Source of the DNA: Erysipelothrix larvae
GTDB taxonomy: Bacteria; Bacillota_I; Bacilli_A; Erysipelotrichales; Erysipelotrichaceae
DNA length: 32,000 nucleotides
Direction: 5' to 3'
NCBI RefSeq assembly: GCF_001545095.1
Contig: NZ_CP013213.1
Span: forward strand, 1,530,001 to 1,562,000
The notes below the pieces were generated by a model. That model was not told the DNA's origin, made no database searches, and saw only the letters and a list, made by a program, of their open reading frames with translations. Below, piece after piece: positions 1-8,448 of this stretch; position 1 is the first letter of the stretch, and each line of letters opens with the position of its first letter. The position numbers were made by a program, and so were the translations under genes.

Positions 1-1018
1 TGCAAATCATCAATAAGGCTTCAAAATGTTCAGTAAACTCTGCATTCATCATTTGATAGTCTTGGTAAAAATCCTTGAGAACAAATGAACATCCATTCAT
101 ATCAAAGGGAAAGATAGCGATCAGTTGATGTCCATATTGGATCAGGTTTTGGAGGCTTTGAAGGGGATCGCATTCGAATGATCGCATTACAATCCCCGTC
201 TTAAGTTCATAGTATGAAATCACTGTATCTGTGATTGAAGTGATGTTTACAGGTTGTTTTTGTGTCATTTTCTTCATAAGGTTGAGTGCACTGTGCATCT
301 GTTCAAATCGTGCATCTGGGACAACCTTTAGGATTTCATTAACATCTTCAAGCTCAAGTGAGATATGGGTTTCATAAGCACCTTTTAATGCAGTATTCTT
401 CTTATTAAGACCGTGTGATTCTCTCACCAAACAGATCCATAAGAAAGCACAAAGCGAGCGACGTTCCCAGTCTTTATCAAATTCAAACAATGCGACGTGA
501 ATGTCGTTTTTCTTTATCACTGAATACAGCGGATTGATTTTCTCAAAGAGGGCTTTATTTTCTGTGTTGTAGCTTGCGATATAATAAAACATCACTGAAT
601 ACAGCAATGTTTCATCTTCACAGTCTAGATGATAACCATCATGAACGATGGTTTTGATGCCATAAACACCTAACTCTTCGTTAAGTTTCTTAATTTGCTT
701 GTAAAAGTTTACGGTACTGATGGCAAGCTGATAACTGTAATCACTTGCAGATAAGCCAGGACTTGTAAATAACAAAAAGAGAATCTTGTAAAACAAAGAT
801 TCGGATAAAATTGTATCATAACAGGCTTGGCGTTGGTTAAGTGATAATGTTTCATGGCGGTAGTTCAGATTATAATCCTTCAAATACTTTCGAACTGTAA
901 GTTCGGAGACATTAATTGCCGCCGATAGTGTTTCAATAGAAGGTGTTGTTTTCGCATAATAAAGTGTGTCAATTAGTTTGAGTTTTCGAGAAATGTGATT
1001 CTCAATATAACAAGTCAT
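1..1018 (-). CDS. Mga/RofA-like (PCVR-type) HTH transcriptional regulator, N-terminal 339 codons only (C-terminus lies beyond the window start)
   Basis: Not in the ORF track because it runs off the edge. Hand translation of the minus strand from ATG 1018..1016 (GAGGAA RBS 6 nt upstream) gives MTCYIENHISRKLKLIDTLYYAKTTPSIETLSAAINVSELTVRKYLKDY... and stays open to position 1. It is clearly paralogous to the 1163..2575 product (shared IExHIxRKLxLIDTxY, NFYKQ, VYGxxxIVxDGYH). Confidence 0.7.
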   Translation of the reverse strand, partial: MTCYIENHISRKLKLIDTLYYAKTTPSIETLSAAINVSELTVRKYLKDYNLNYRHETLSLNQRQACYDTILSESLFYKILFLLFTSPGLSASDYSYQLAISTVNFYKQIKKLNEELGVYGIKTIVHDGYHLDCEDETLLYSVMFYYIASYNTENKALFEKINPLYSVIKKNDIHVALFEFDKDWERRSLCAFLWICLVRESHGLNKKNTALKGAYETHISLELEDVNEILKVVPDARFEQMHSALNLMKKMTQKQPVNITSITDTVISYYELKTGIVMRSFECDPLQSLQNLIQYGHQLIAIFPFDMNGCSFVLKDFYQDYQMMNAEFTEHFEALLMIC

Positions 1019-1095
1019 AGTCTGTTCCTCATCAAAAAAATATGATATAAATTCATTTTATGAATGAATAAATGAATTATATAGACTAAAATGCA

Positions 1096-1138
1096 CTAAA
1101 ACAACCGACTCTGTTTCATGGTTTTGAAACGAGATCGG
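1096..1138 (-). terminator. Putative Rho-independent terminator after the 1163..2575 regulator
   Basis: Interrupted hairpin CCGA..GTTTCA / TGAAAC..TCGG (1105..1138), followed on the minus strand by TTGTTTTAG. Confidence 0.4.
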
Positions 1139-1162
1139 GATATTTTTGTGGCAATCCCAAAC

Positions 1163-2575
1163 TTATTGATCATCTTTCGTGTTAATGGACTTCATAATCC
1201 CTTCCACAATCAGGATACTATTACTAAATGGTTTATAGATGATATTTGAATCATCTTCAATGTTAAGCGTTGCATCACTCAGAATTAAATCATAACGATC
1301 AATTTTAGTGTCTGTATTGAAACGCTTGATTGGCATTAAATCAATTACGGGTTCAATTTTCATAATACGCAACACGGTTTCTAAATCTTGTTGGCAAAAA
1401 TCGAGGTGTTTCTCATTGTATCGGCTGATAAATAAGATTCGTTTTCGGGGTACAAATAGATAATCCCCAATGCTTATAACGATCCAATAAAAGAGCATTT
1501 CTTGATAAAGCATCAGATCTAAGCCCATCACCTCGGTTGCAATCTGTAAGAATGTATTGAACCGATTGATCACATCCACATTGATAATGCGATACTCATT
1601 CATAAAGTCACGCATGGTTATCGAACTTCCCTTTGTATCAAATGGATAGTATTTCGAGAGGTTTTTCACCACTGAGAAAATATCGATCAGTGTATCAATC
1701 ATGAGTTGTCGTTTTTCAACTTGAAAGGTTTGTTGGATTTCAAGTTCATAGCGTTCTAAAAGTTCAACGATTTGTTCAGAACTGATACTTTGAGGTGCGT
1801 CAGTAAGCACTTCTTTGTATTCAATAAGTGCTTCGAGAATGCTTTTGTATGTGGCACTGGTTAGCACAGTACGAATTCGATTCACATCCGGTGTGGAAAC
1901 GTTGATTGGACTTTTCATAATTTGCTCTTGGGTAATCTCAATCTCAGTCTTCTTATTGGATTGTCGGATGATAAAGATTGCGAGAATTGATGCCATATAC
2001 GACCGTTCCCATGAGTCAACTCGATTAAAGTGACTGACTCCCAAATTGTTCTTTTTCAAAATATCTTGGAAGTAATGAACATTCTCTACAATAATTGGAC
2101 TGTTTTCCGTACTTGTAGAAACAAAGCTAAAAAATACGAAGAAACGAAATGCACGTTCGTCATCAGCGATAATATGATACCCATCGTTGACAATAATGCG
2201 TGCGCCATATACCTTCAACCGATTGTTTAGAAGGTTCACCTGTTTATAGAAGTTTGCACGGCTGATTGACAGTGTGTCACTGTAATACTCTGCCTGTCTT
2301 CCTGGATTCATAAATAGCATGCGTAAAACTTTTGAAATTAAAGAGTCATTGACGATTGATTCATAAAGATCCATCCGTCGATCTCGGTCAAATACTCGGA
2401 TAATGGAACCATTATCCGCTAATAAGTTAAATTGTGTTAAATCACTTTTTATCGTTGATTCCGATACATCAAGGTATTTCGCAAGTTCCCCAATACTTGG
2501 TGCTTCTTTTGAAAAGTATACCGTATCAATCAATTGCAATTTTCTTTGAATATGTCTTTCGATTAATTGTTTCAT
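1163..2575 (-). CDS. Mga/RofA-like HTH transcriptional regulator (paralog 2)
   Basis: Long ORF. I prefer ATG 2575 (GGGTGGA RBS about 6 nt upstream, and it aligns with the paralog's start) over the track's TTG at 2620. The N-terminal wHTH (PSIGELAKYLDVSESTIKSDL), a second HTH-like region (LSISRANFYKQVNLLNNRL) and the roughly 470 aa length are typical of Mga/AtxA/RofA-type regulators. Confidence 0.75.
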   Translation of the reverse strand: MKQLIERHIQRKLQLIDTVYFSKEAPSIGELAKYLDVSESTIKSDLTQFNLLADNGSIIRVFDRDRRMDLYESIVNDSLISKVLRMLFMNPGRQAEYYSDTLSISRANFYKQVNLLNNRLKVYGARIIVNDGYHIIADDERAFRFFVFFSFVSTSTENSPIIVENVHYFQDILKKNNLGVSHFNRVDSWERSYMASILAIFIIRQSNKKTEIEITQEQIMKSPINVSTPDVNRIRTVLTSATYKSILEALIEYKEVLTDAPQSISSEQIVELLERYELEIQQTFQVEKRQLMIDTLIDIFSVVKNLSKYYPFDTKGSSITMRDFMNEYRIINVDVINRFNTFLQIATEVMGLDLMLYQEMLFYWIVISIGDYLFVPRKRILFISRYNEKHLDFCQQDLETVLRIMKIEPVIDLMPIKRFNTDTKIDRYDLILSDATLNIEDDSNIIYKPFSNSILIVEGIMKSINTKDDQ

Positions 2576-2855
2576 TTTTTTCCACCCACAGTCATTTTTT
2601 GTATCATCGATCTTCAACAATCATTACACCAAAAGATGCAGCGTGTGAATTGTTGAATTCGTGTATTCAATTTTATAAGTGTCCTCAATATCGATAAATT
2701 TTTTTATTGGACATTGAAAATACTTATTGAAATTATCAAAAAATCTTTACATTTCCATTATAACCGTTCTGAAAATTAGCATTTATTATGATTTTTAGGT
2801 CTACTCACCAATTTTTTATAACATTTTATTAATATGACAATTTTTGTTGTTTTTT

Positions 2856-5171
2856 TTACTCCACAATAATGATTTCACCCCACGTTTCATGCTTACTTTT
2901 TGTATCACGCCCCAGTTCACCATTTATGTTTGATCCAGTCATATAGATTGTTCCAGTTTCACTTACGATTGCAGTTATATTCGTACTGGTATCTGCAGCG
3001 ATGATTCTCATGTCATCTGCACTACATACACCTATTGAATTTGATGGTATACACAATGAATAAGGGAAATGAACGTTTGATACAAATCCTAATTGATAGT
3101 TTGTGCTCTTTCCAAATGCAAATGCTGTTTTATCGGATGTTAAGCCAACAGTGGTATATTCCCCTAATACAATTGATGAAATCTGTGCATTTTGATTCAC
3201 AGTTGTTTGTACCTTATACGGTGCATTCATATCACTTCGACCCGATCCATTACCTAATTGTCCTTGATCATCCAATCCCCATGTATAAAGGTCACCTTGC
3301 TTGGTCAAGATCGCAACATGTGCGCTTCCTCCTTTAATCATGTGGATATCCTGTACATTAATATCTTCAGGAAGTGATGATGTTATATTGGTTGGTTTTG
3401 AATATTGAACGGTTTGGTTGGATAAAAAAGCCCACTGTGCTCCAGTTCCCCATGCGTACAGTTGTTGATCTGTAGAAATCGCAAACCCATAACCCCATCC
3501 TTGAGTGATGTATTGAATGGTTGCATTGTTTGGAAATGTCATTTTAGTTGGTGAATATAAGCTCATGGTATTCCCAACTCCCGTTGCATAGGAAGCACCT
3601 CGACCCCAAACATAAACCTCTCCCATATCATTAAGTGCAAGTGCTGTGTGTTGTGCTGCATGCATTTGGGTAATTGTTTCACCCATTAATATCGGTGTTG
3701 GCGCGAGATTGTCTGGGTGTAAATAGTCATTTCCTTGAACACCATAGGCATCAGCACCCCATATATAAAGCTGACCTTGATCTGAAAGGGCCATGGCATA
3801 ATTACTCCCCGCTTCAATGTCAACGATGTTAACATCACCAAGACTCTCAATGTGACGTGGTTTTAGAATATCTTCACTGTTTGAACCCTGTCCCAGCTGA
3901 CCACTGTTATTTTTACCCCATGAATACACCTGTCCATGAGTTGTTAAAGCGAGGGATGAATGTTCCATGAGTGCCACATCTTTAAACGCGACTAAGATTA
4001 GATCAAGGCATACTTCTTGTGCATCTAGAAACGAATCATCGCTTACGTTATAACATATATTATACGTTCCTGGTTTTTTGGGTGAATACCCAAGAGAAGT
4101 GTAAACCATGAGTTTTTGTCTCAGACGCGCTTCAGTATCCCTATTATCACTTACACTCACAAGATCCTTTAAATCAAGGGTTTCATTCACAAAGCGAACG
4201 ACGGGATTTTGTGGGGCATGAATGACTGGAGGTTCGCCATCTGTCACATAGACAATGCGTTTTACGGTTGTTTGAAAGTCTGGGTCAGTCGGCGTATATT
4301 TCATAGCAGTCCACCCAATCTTTTGATTATTCACAATTCCAGACACTTGATAAGCTTCTGTTTCATACCATTCGTTTCTCACTTTTGCACCATACTCAGT
4401 ATAAGGTTCACCGATGGTGAGGTATAATGGATTATCTCCAATGAACTCAATTGTAATATTTCGTTTGAGATAGGGATTGGGTTTAATTGAACCCCCTTGC
4501 GTTAGGTGAGTATTCCAATTTTGCGCACTATTTTTTCCATTTACATCGACAATTATCCCTACGTTTAAGGCAGTGTTTAAGACGATACTTCGAACCGTGT
4601 GAATATCATGAAACGCATCGCTCATGACAAGCTTATAAGTGTAGGTTTTTGAACTTCCTGGGTGCGATGAAGCACTTAAAGTCTCACCTTTCACAATCGG
4701 AATGTGCACCCCTGAGTGTGTTGGTTGATTGTCAGCGACTTGGAGTGCCTGGGTATCATTGCCTTGATTGAGTTGATCGATGATCTCGGATGATGGCATT
4801 GTTGATGGGTATAGAAAGAAGATATTTGACACGTGTTTTGCTTCTTTTGAATCCAGTGCAAGTGTTAAGGTCCCATCGACATTGACATCAAAAGGCGATT
4901 GATTCGTTACATTAAAACGGATATGAACAACTTGATTTTGCATTGGTGATACATCAAATGCATCTCCTTCTTGATAGTTCCACGATACAACTCCATTGTC
5001 TTCAATTCCAATTTGGAAATCCTCAAGTGAAACATCGATGTGTGAAGTTTCAACGTTCAAGTGCATTTGTTCTTTGTCGCTTAAATAGCTCATCACATCA
5101 TCTATAAAAAATGACGCAAGAAAATAAACGACTGATAATATAACGATAGAATAGAGCGTTTTTCGCATCAT
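2856..5171 (-). CDS. Secreted multidomain protein: SipW-cognate signal peptide plus TasA/camelysin-like N-domain, two Ig-like (DUF5011-like) domains and a 7-blade RCC1 beta-propeller
   Basis: Start is ATG 5171 (MMRKTLYSIVILSVVYFLASFF...) with AAGGAG 7 nt upstream. The track's GTG at 5291 would overlap sipW by 116 nt and has no RBS. The SYLSDKE motif follows the hydrophobic core, as in CalY (AYFSDKE). The segment ITIEFIGDNPLYLTIGEPYTEYGAKV...VYVTD is DUF5011-like. Seven [YF]xWGxxxxGQLG-type repeats occur (YSWGKNNSGQLGQG, YIWGADAYGVQGN, YVWGRGASYATGVG, YAWGTGAQW, YTWGLDDQGQLGNG, FAFGKSTNYQLGF, YMTGSNINGELGRD). There is no LPXTG or other C-terminal anchor. Confidence 0.85.
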   Translation of the reverse strand: MMRKTLYSIVILSVVYFLASFFIDDVMSYLSDKEQMHLNVETSHIDVSLEDFQIGIEDNGVVSWNYQEGDAFDVSPMQNQVVHIRFNVTNQSPFDVNVDGTLTLALDSKEAKHVSNIFFLYPSTMPSSEIIDQLNQGNDTQALQVADNQPTHSGVHIPIVKGETLSASSHPGSSKTYTYKLVMSDAFHDIHTVRSIVLNTALNVGIIVDVNGKNSAQNWNTHLTQGGSIKPNPYLKRNITIEFIGDNPLYLTIGEPYTEYGAKVRNEWYETEAYQVSGIVNNQKIGWTAMKYTPTDPDFQTTVKRIVYVTDGEPPVIHAPQNPVVRFVNETLDLKDLVSVSDNRDTEARLRQKLMVYTSLGYSPKKPGTYNICYNVSDDSFLDAQEVCLDLILVAFKDVALMEHSSLALTTHGQVYSWGKNNSGQLGQGSNSEDILKPRHIESLGDVNIVDIEAGSNYAMALSDQGQLYIWGADAYGVQGNDYLHPDNLAPTPILMGETITQMHAAQHTALALNDMGEVYVWGRGASYATGVGNTMSLYSPTKMTFPNNATIQYITQGWGYGFAISTDQQLYAWGTGAQWAFLSNQTVQYSKPTNITSSLPEDINVQDIHMIKGGSAHVAILTKQGDLYTWGLDDQGQLGNGSGRSDMNAPYKVQTTVNQNAQISSIVLGEYTTVGLTSDKTAFAFGKSTNYQLGFVSNVHFPYSLCIPSNSIGVCSADDMRIIAADTSTNITAIVSETGTIYMTGSNINGELGRDTKSKHETWGEIIIVE

Positions 5172-5175
5172 GATA

Positions 5176-5679
5176 TCACTCCTTTGTATTACGCTTATGA
5201 ACAATAAGGCCAATGCATACGATACTGATTGGGACACACACCACCAAGAGAAAGCCCATGGGTTGTGATAACAGGTTAATGATTGGAACACTCAGCGTTG
5301 TGTAAAAGACAGCCTTTCCAATAAGGTGTTCAAAAAGTACTAGGTCGCTGTCTATAAACTCATTGAAGTCCCCTTTTGTAATGAATCCTTCGTCAGTGAT
5401 GTCAATTACACGATGAAATACAAAATTGTCAAAGATTGGACTGTAAAATGCAATCGGGTCGTTGATTGCAACTTCCTCATGGGATGTTTGTTTTACGATT
5501 ACCAGTGTATTTACAGGGTAAGTGGGTTCCATCGAACCTGTTGTGATAATAAAGGGTTTATACCCAAATAGATAAGACACCTCGCCATCTGGTTTGTTTC
5601 GTGTTATAACCAAAATATATCCTAAAAAGAGGATTGAACTGATTAAAAGTAGATTGCTGATCACATTTCGCTTGTTCAT
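5176..5679 (-). CDS. sipW: Signal peptidase I, SipW (archaeal/ER S26B) type
   Basis: FGYKPFIITTGSMEPTYP (catalytic Ser box), FHRVIDIT (His box), TKGDFNEFID, and N- and C-terminal TM helices. This closely mirrors B. subtilis SipW motifs (FGYKPF..SGSMEPT, THRIVDIT, TKGDNN). ATG has an AAGGTG RBS. The stop lies 4 nt before the downstream gene's ATG. Confidence 0.9.
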   Translation of the reverse strand: MNKRNVISNLLLISSILFLGYILVITRNKPDGEVSYLFGYKPFIITTGSMEPTYPVNTLVIVKQTSHEEVAINDPIAFYSPIFDNFVFHRVIDITDEGFITKGDFNEFIDSDLVLFEHLIGKAVFYTTLSVPIINLLSQPMGFLLVVCVPISIVCIGLIVHKRNTKE

Positions 5680-5854
5680 AGTTACACCTTTTTCTTTTTG
5701 ATCGAAGACTTTTATAAAAACCCCTCACATAAACACAAGATAAAAGAAGCGCAGTTTAAAAAACTTGTGGATAAGTAGAGATTATTACCATACAAATCGC
5801 GCGCTTTAGAAGGATAAGTTTCGTATTATAAAGATCCCCACCTATTACACTTTC

Positions 5855-5883
5855 ATTATATTTTTCACTCTTTTTTTATACAA
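5855..5883 (-). promoter_or_regulatory. Candidate sigma-A promoter for the sipW-RCC1 operon
   Basis: The minus strand reads TTGTAT-N17-TATAAT (-35 at 5883..5878, -10 at 5860..5855). This implies a leader of about 170 nt. Confidence 0.4.
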
Positions 5884-5936
5884 CCTTGTTTTTTTCATAA
5901 TCGTGAAGGCCATAGTTTTCATTTATACCAAGGCAT

Positions 5937-5975
5937 AAAAAAACGCTGATTATGATGGATTCACAATTAGCGTTT
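5937..5975 (-). terminator. Rho-independent terminator of the 5967..7307 regulator
   Basis: An 11-bp stem AAACGCT(G/A)ATT with one mismatch, followed on the minus strand by T7. The stop codon lies inside the stem. Confidence 0.7.
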
Positions 5976-7307
5976 AGTTGCATTAATAAAGTCAAAGATT
6001 CGGCCAATATCAGTCCCGACAAAATAATCACTCACGGTTATCATCGGAACATCAAGCTGATAGGGAAAACTGAGGGTTGTGATAATGCCATTGCATGATA
6101 AGGTCTTGCAAAAGGCATCAAGTTCTTGTTTATCGGGTATTTTAAATTCCACTTTACCATTATAGATATAAAAACTATGGCGTGGAAAGTATATTTCCAA
6201 TTGACGTTTGAGTGATTGTGCGTGTTCAAAACTGGTGCCACTGTATACAACGAGGTTTAAATGACGTGGTTCATAGGTGATCGGATACAGCATATCCAAT
6301 ACGTAAATTATCCCAGCAATGACCTGTAAGTAGTTGTCAGTGAAGTTTTCTAGAATGCGCGTAAACTGGTACTCTGCATCATAATAACGTGCTGGATTAA
6401 CTTTACTGTAGTTTTTCACAAAGAGATTAACAACTTGAACTCGTGTGTCAAATTTTTCAAATATCTGAGTGTCCATATATAAGATTGAAGCAATGACTGC
6501 CATAATCTTATCGGTATCATTTACAGGAATTCGATATCCTAACATTGAAAAGGTCGATAAGAAAATATCTTCGTAAGGTTCCAAACGCTTGCCCATCTGA
6601 AGAATGACCTTAATATATTGGGAAACCATCGCATTAATATCTGCTTGTAATGTTTGTGGTTTCTTCGATTTTACCATAAAGAAATTTTGGTTAAACCGAA
6701 GGACCGAAATGTATTCAATATAATCAATAAATCGAGAAATAATCGTGTAATCCGTCGTATACTTCGCAATATCCTCAGTATATTCTATATGTGGTTTATA
6801 GATTCTAAAACTGTGTTCAAATTGATGATAGAATACAGCACAGAAGTATCGAATGTCAAACTCATTTCCTGTAATGCTGACACGTTTACTTCGAATGTAT
6901 AAACTCAGACCATGGCTTTCAAGACTGCGCTTTAAATCGTTTAATAGATTACGTGTTACTTGATGGCTTAATTCAAGTGCTGATGAATAGAACTCAACTG
7001 AGTTGTAAGGTACTTCAATCACCATCTTTAGAAGTCTTGTTATGGGTTCGTTCACAAAGATTTGTTCCGTCACATATTGGATGTTTCCAATTGATGTGTT
7101 TTGTGAAATCAAACTCGTATGTGATATATCAAGATGCAACAAGTGATTCCAGTGTTCAACCAAATAATTTATATCGTTATAAACTGTACGTTCTGTGCAT
7201 TGATTCATAATTGCAATGTCACGAATTGAAATTGAACGATCATTGTCTAATAATAGCTCTAAGATCTTTATCAGACGGTACACAGACTTTTTATACTCAA
7301 TAATCAC
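5967..7307 (-). CDS. Mga-like HTH transcriptional regulator (divergent paralog 3)
   Basis: 446-aa ORF with a GTG start and a GAAGGTGA RBS 4-5 nt upstream. N-terminal wHTH (ISIRDIAIMNQCTERTVYNDINYL) and a second HTH-like segment (LELSHQVTRNLLNDLKRSL). Overall layout matches the two left-hand paralogs. Confidence 0.65.
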   Translation of the reverse strand: MIIEYKKSVYRLIKILELLLDNDRSISIRDIAIMNQCTERTVYNDINYLVEHWNHLLHLDISHTSLISQNTSIGNIQYVTEQIFVNEPITRLLKMVIEVPYNSVEFYSSALELSHQVTRNLLNDLKRSLESHGLSLYIRSKRVSITGNEFDIRYFCAVFYHQFEHSFRIYKPHIEYTEDIAKYTTDYTIISRFIDYIEYISVLRFNQNFFMVKSKKPQTLQADINAMVSQYIKVILQMGKRLEPYEDIFLSTFSMLGYRIPVNDTDKIMAVIASILYMDTQIFEKFDTRVQVVNLFVKNYSKVNPARYYDAEYQFTRILENFTDNYLQVIAGIIYVLDMLYPITYEPRHLNLVVYSGTSFEHAQSLKRQLEIYFPRHSFYIYNGKVEFKIPDKQELDAFCKTLSCNGIITTLSFPYQLDVPMITVSDYFVGTDIGRIFDFINATKR

Positions 7308-7518
7308 AAAATCACCTTCTCCCCATTAATAAGAAACTTACTTATTCTATTATCCCTTAAAAGCGTCGAAATTGCTTGATACTTTTTTAGATAATCTGAC
7401 ATAATAATATATAGAATTTCAACTTTATTATCACTCATTTTTTTAATTTAGACACTTCTAATGCTTAGCCCATTTTTTATAGGGTTTAATTTAGTTAATA
7501 CACTGACCCAGTCATATT

Positions 7519-7534
7519 AGTTGAATATTCAACT
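7519..7534. promoter_or_regulatory. Perfect 16-bp palindrome AGTTGAATATTCAACT, candidate operator
   Basis: Self-complementary over all 16 nt. It lies 43 nt upstream of the VOC gene's ATG, inside the divergent intergenic region. Confidence 0.4.
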
Positions 7535-7576
7535 ATTATGGTCTAAAGTGTAAGTGTAAAGAAAGAAGGACACACG

Positions 7577-8410
7577 ATGAACCCTTTAATGAATACGATG
7601 CCAGTCTTAGGCGATGTTGGATTAAGAGTACAAGATCTCAACCGATCACTTGATTATTATACGCGAATTCTTGGATTAACACTCATTGAAAAAACAGAAA
7701 CCAGTGCCAGTCTTGGTGTGAATCAGACCCCTATCATTCATCTTCGTGCAAATGCTTCGTGGAATCACCCCAGCAAACCCTATACAGGTTTGTATCACAT
7801 TGCGATTTTGCTTCCTGATGAAGCGGACTTAGGTCAAATTTTGTATCATTTTGCCCGTGAAGGCTATCAAATTGATGGTGCGGGGGATCACTTATACTCA
7901 CAAGCATTGTACATGCACGATCCCGATGGGAATGGGATCGAAATTTATGCGGATAGACCCATGGATACCTGGAATGTCCACGATGATGGGACCGTTGAAA
8001 CGGATACTCAACCAGTCAACTTACAACGCCTTGTTGATATGGTTCATGTGGAATCATGGGATGGACTTCCCGACGGGACAATCTTGGGACATATGCACCT
8101 TGAAGTCAAGGACCTAAAAGCACATGAAGCGTTTTATGTAAACCTTTTGGGCTACGACATCAAAACGGTTTGGGGAAATACCGCTTTATTTATCTCAAAG
8201 AATGGGTATCACCATCACATTGGCGCAAACACATGGGAACGCCCTGTTGACACGTTACCAGATGATGTAACTGGACTTGATTATATGACTTTATATGTGG
8301 ATGACCTCAATCACCTTGAAGAAACACTGGATGGTGTCAAGCGTATTGATGATCAAAGCATCACAGTTCGTGATCCAAATGGTATCACACTGATTCTAAA
8401 ACAGTACTAA
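7577..8410 (+). CDS. Two-domain VOC superfamily protein (glyoxalase / ring-cleaving extradiol dioxygenase-like, CatE/MhqA-like)
   Basis: 277 aa with a GAAGGA RBS. Two repeats of the glyoxalase-fold signature (GDVGLRVQDLNRSLDYYTRILGL... and GHMHLEVKDLKAHEAFYVNLLGY...), with His/Glu metal-ligand-like positions. Confidence 0.7.
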   Translation: MNPLMNTMPVLGDVGLRVQDLNRSLDYYTRILGLTLIEKTETSASLGVNQTPIIHLRANASWNHPSKPYTGLYHIAILLPDEADLGQILYHFAREGYQIDGAGDHLYSQALYMHDPDGNGIEIYADRPMDTWNVHDDGTVETDTQPVNLQRLVDMVHVESWDGLPDGTILGHMHLEVKDLKAHEAFYVNLLGYDIKTVWGNTALFISKNGYHHHIGANTWERPVDTLPDDVTGLDYMTLYVDDLNHLEETLDGVKRIDDQSITVRDPNGITLILKQY

Positions 8411-8448
8411 AAAAACGCGATTGTCGGTTTAAAGATAATCGCGTTTTT
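8411..8448. terminator. Bidirectional Rho-independent terminator shared by the convergent VOC and CorA-like genes
   Basis: AAAAACGCGATT-N14-AATCGCGTTTTT, a 12-bp perfect stem with A and T tracts on both sides. The CorA-like stop codon sits in the loop. Confidence 0.75.

Noticed and set aside
2821-2855. Terminator for the RCC1 gene
   Set aside because: Only a 4-bp ACAA/TTGT stem lies next to a T-run, and it is oriented for the plus strand. I could not support a minus-strand Rho-independent terminator here, so read-through into the regulator at 1163..2575 remains possible.
5172-5291. N-terminal 40-codon extension of the RCC1 protein ORF (track start at 5291), overlapping sipW by 116 nt
   Set aside because: The start at 5291 is GTG with no SD. 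ATG 5171 has AAGGAG at ideal spacing and yields a normal K/R-rich signal peptide with a hydrophobic core. The extension is Trp/Cys-rich and unlike a signal sequence.
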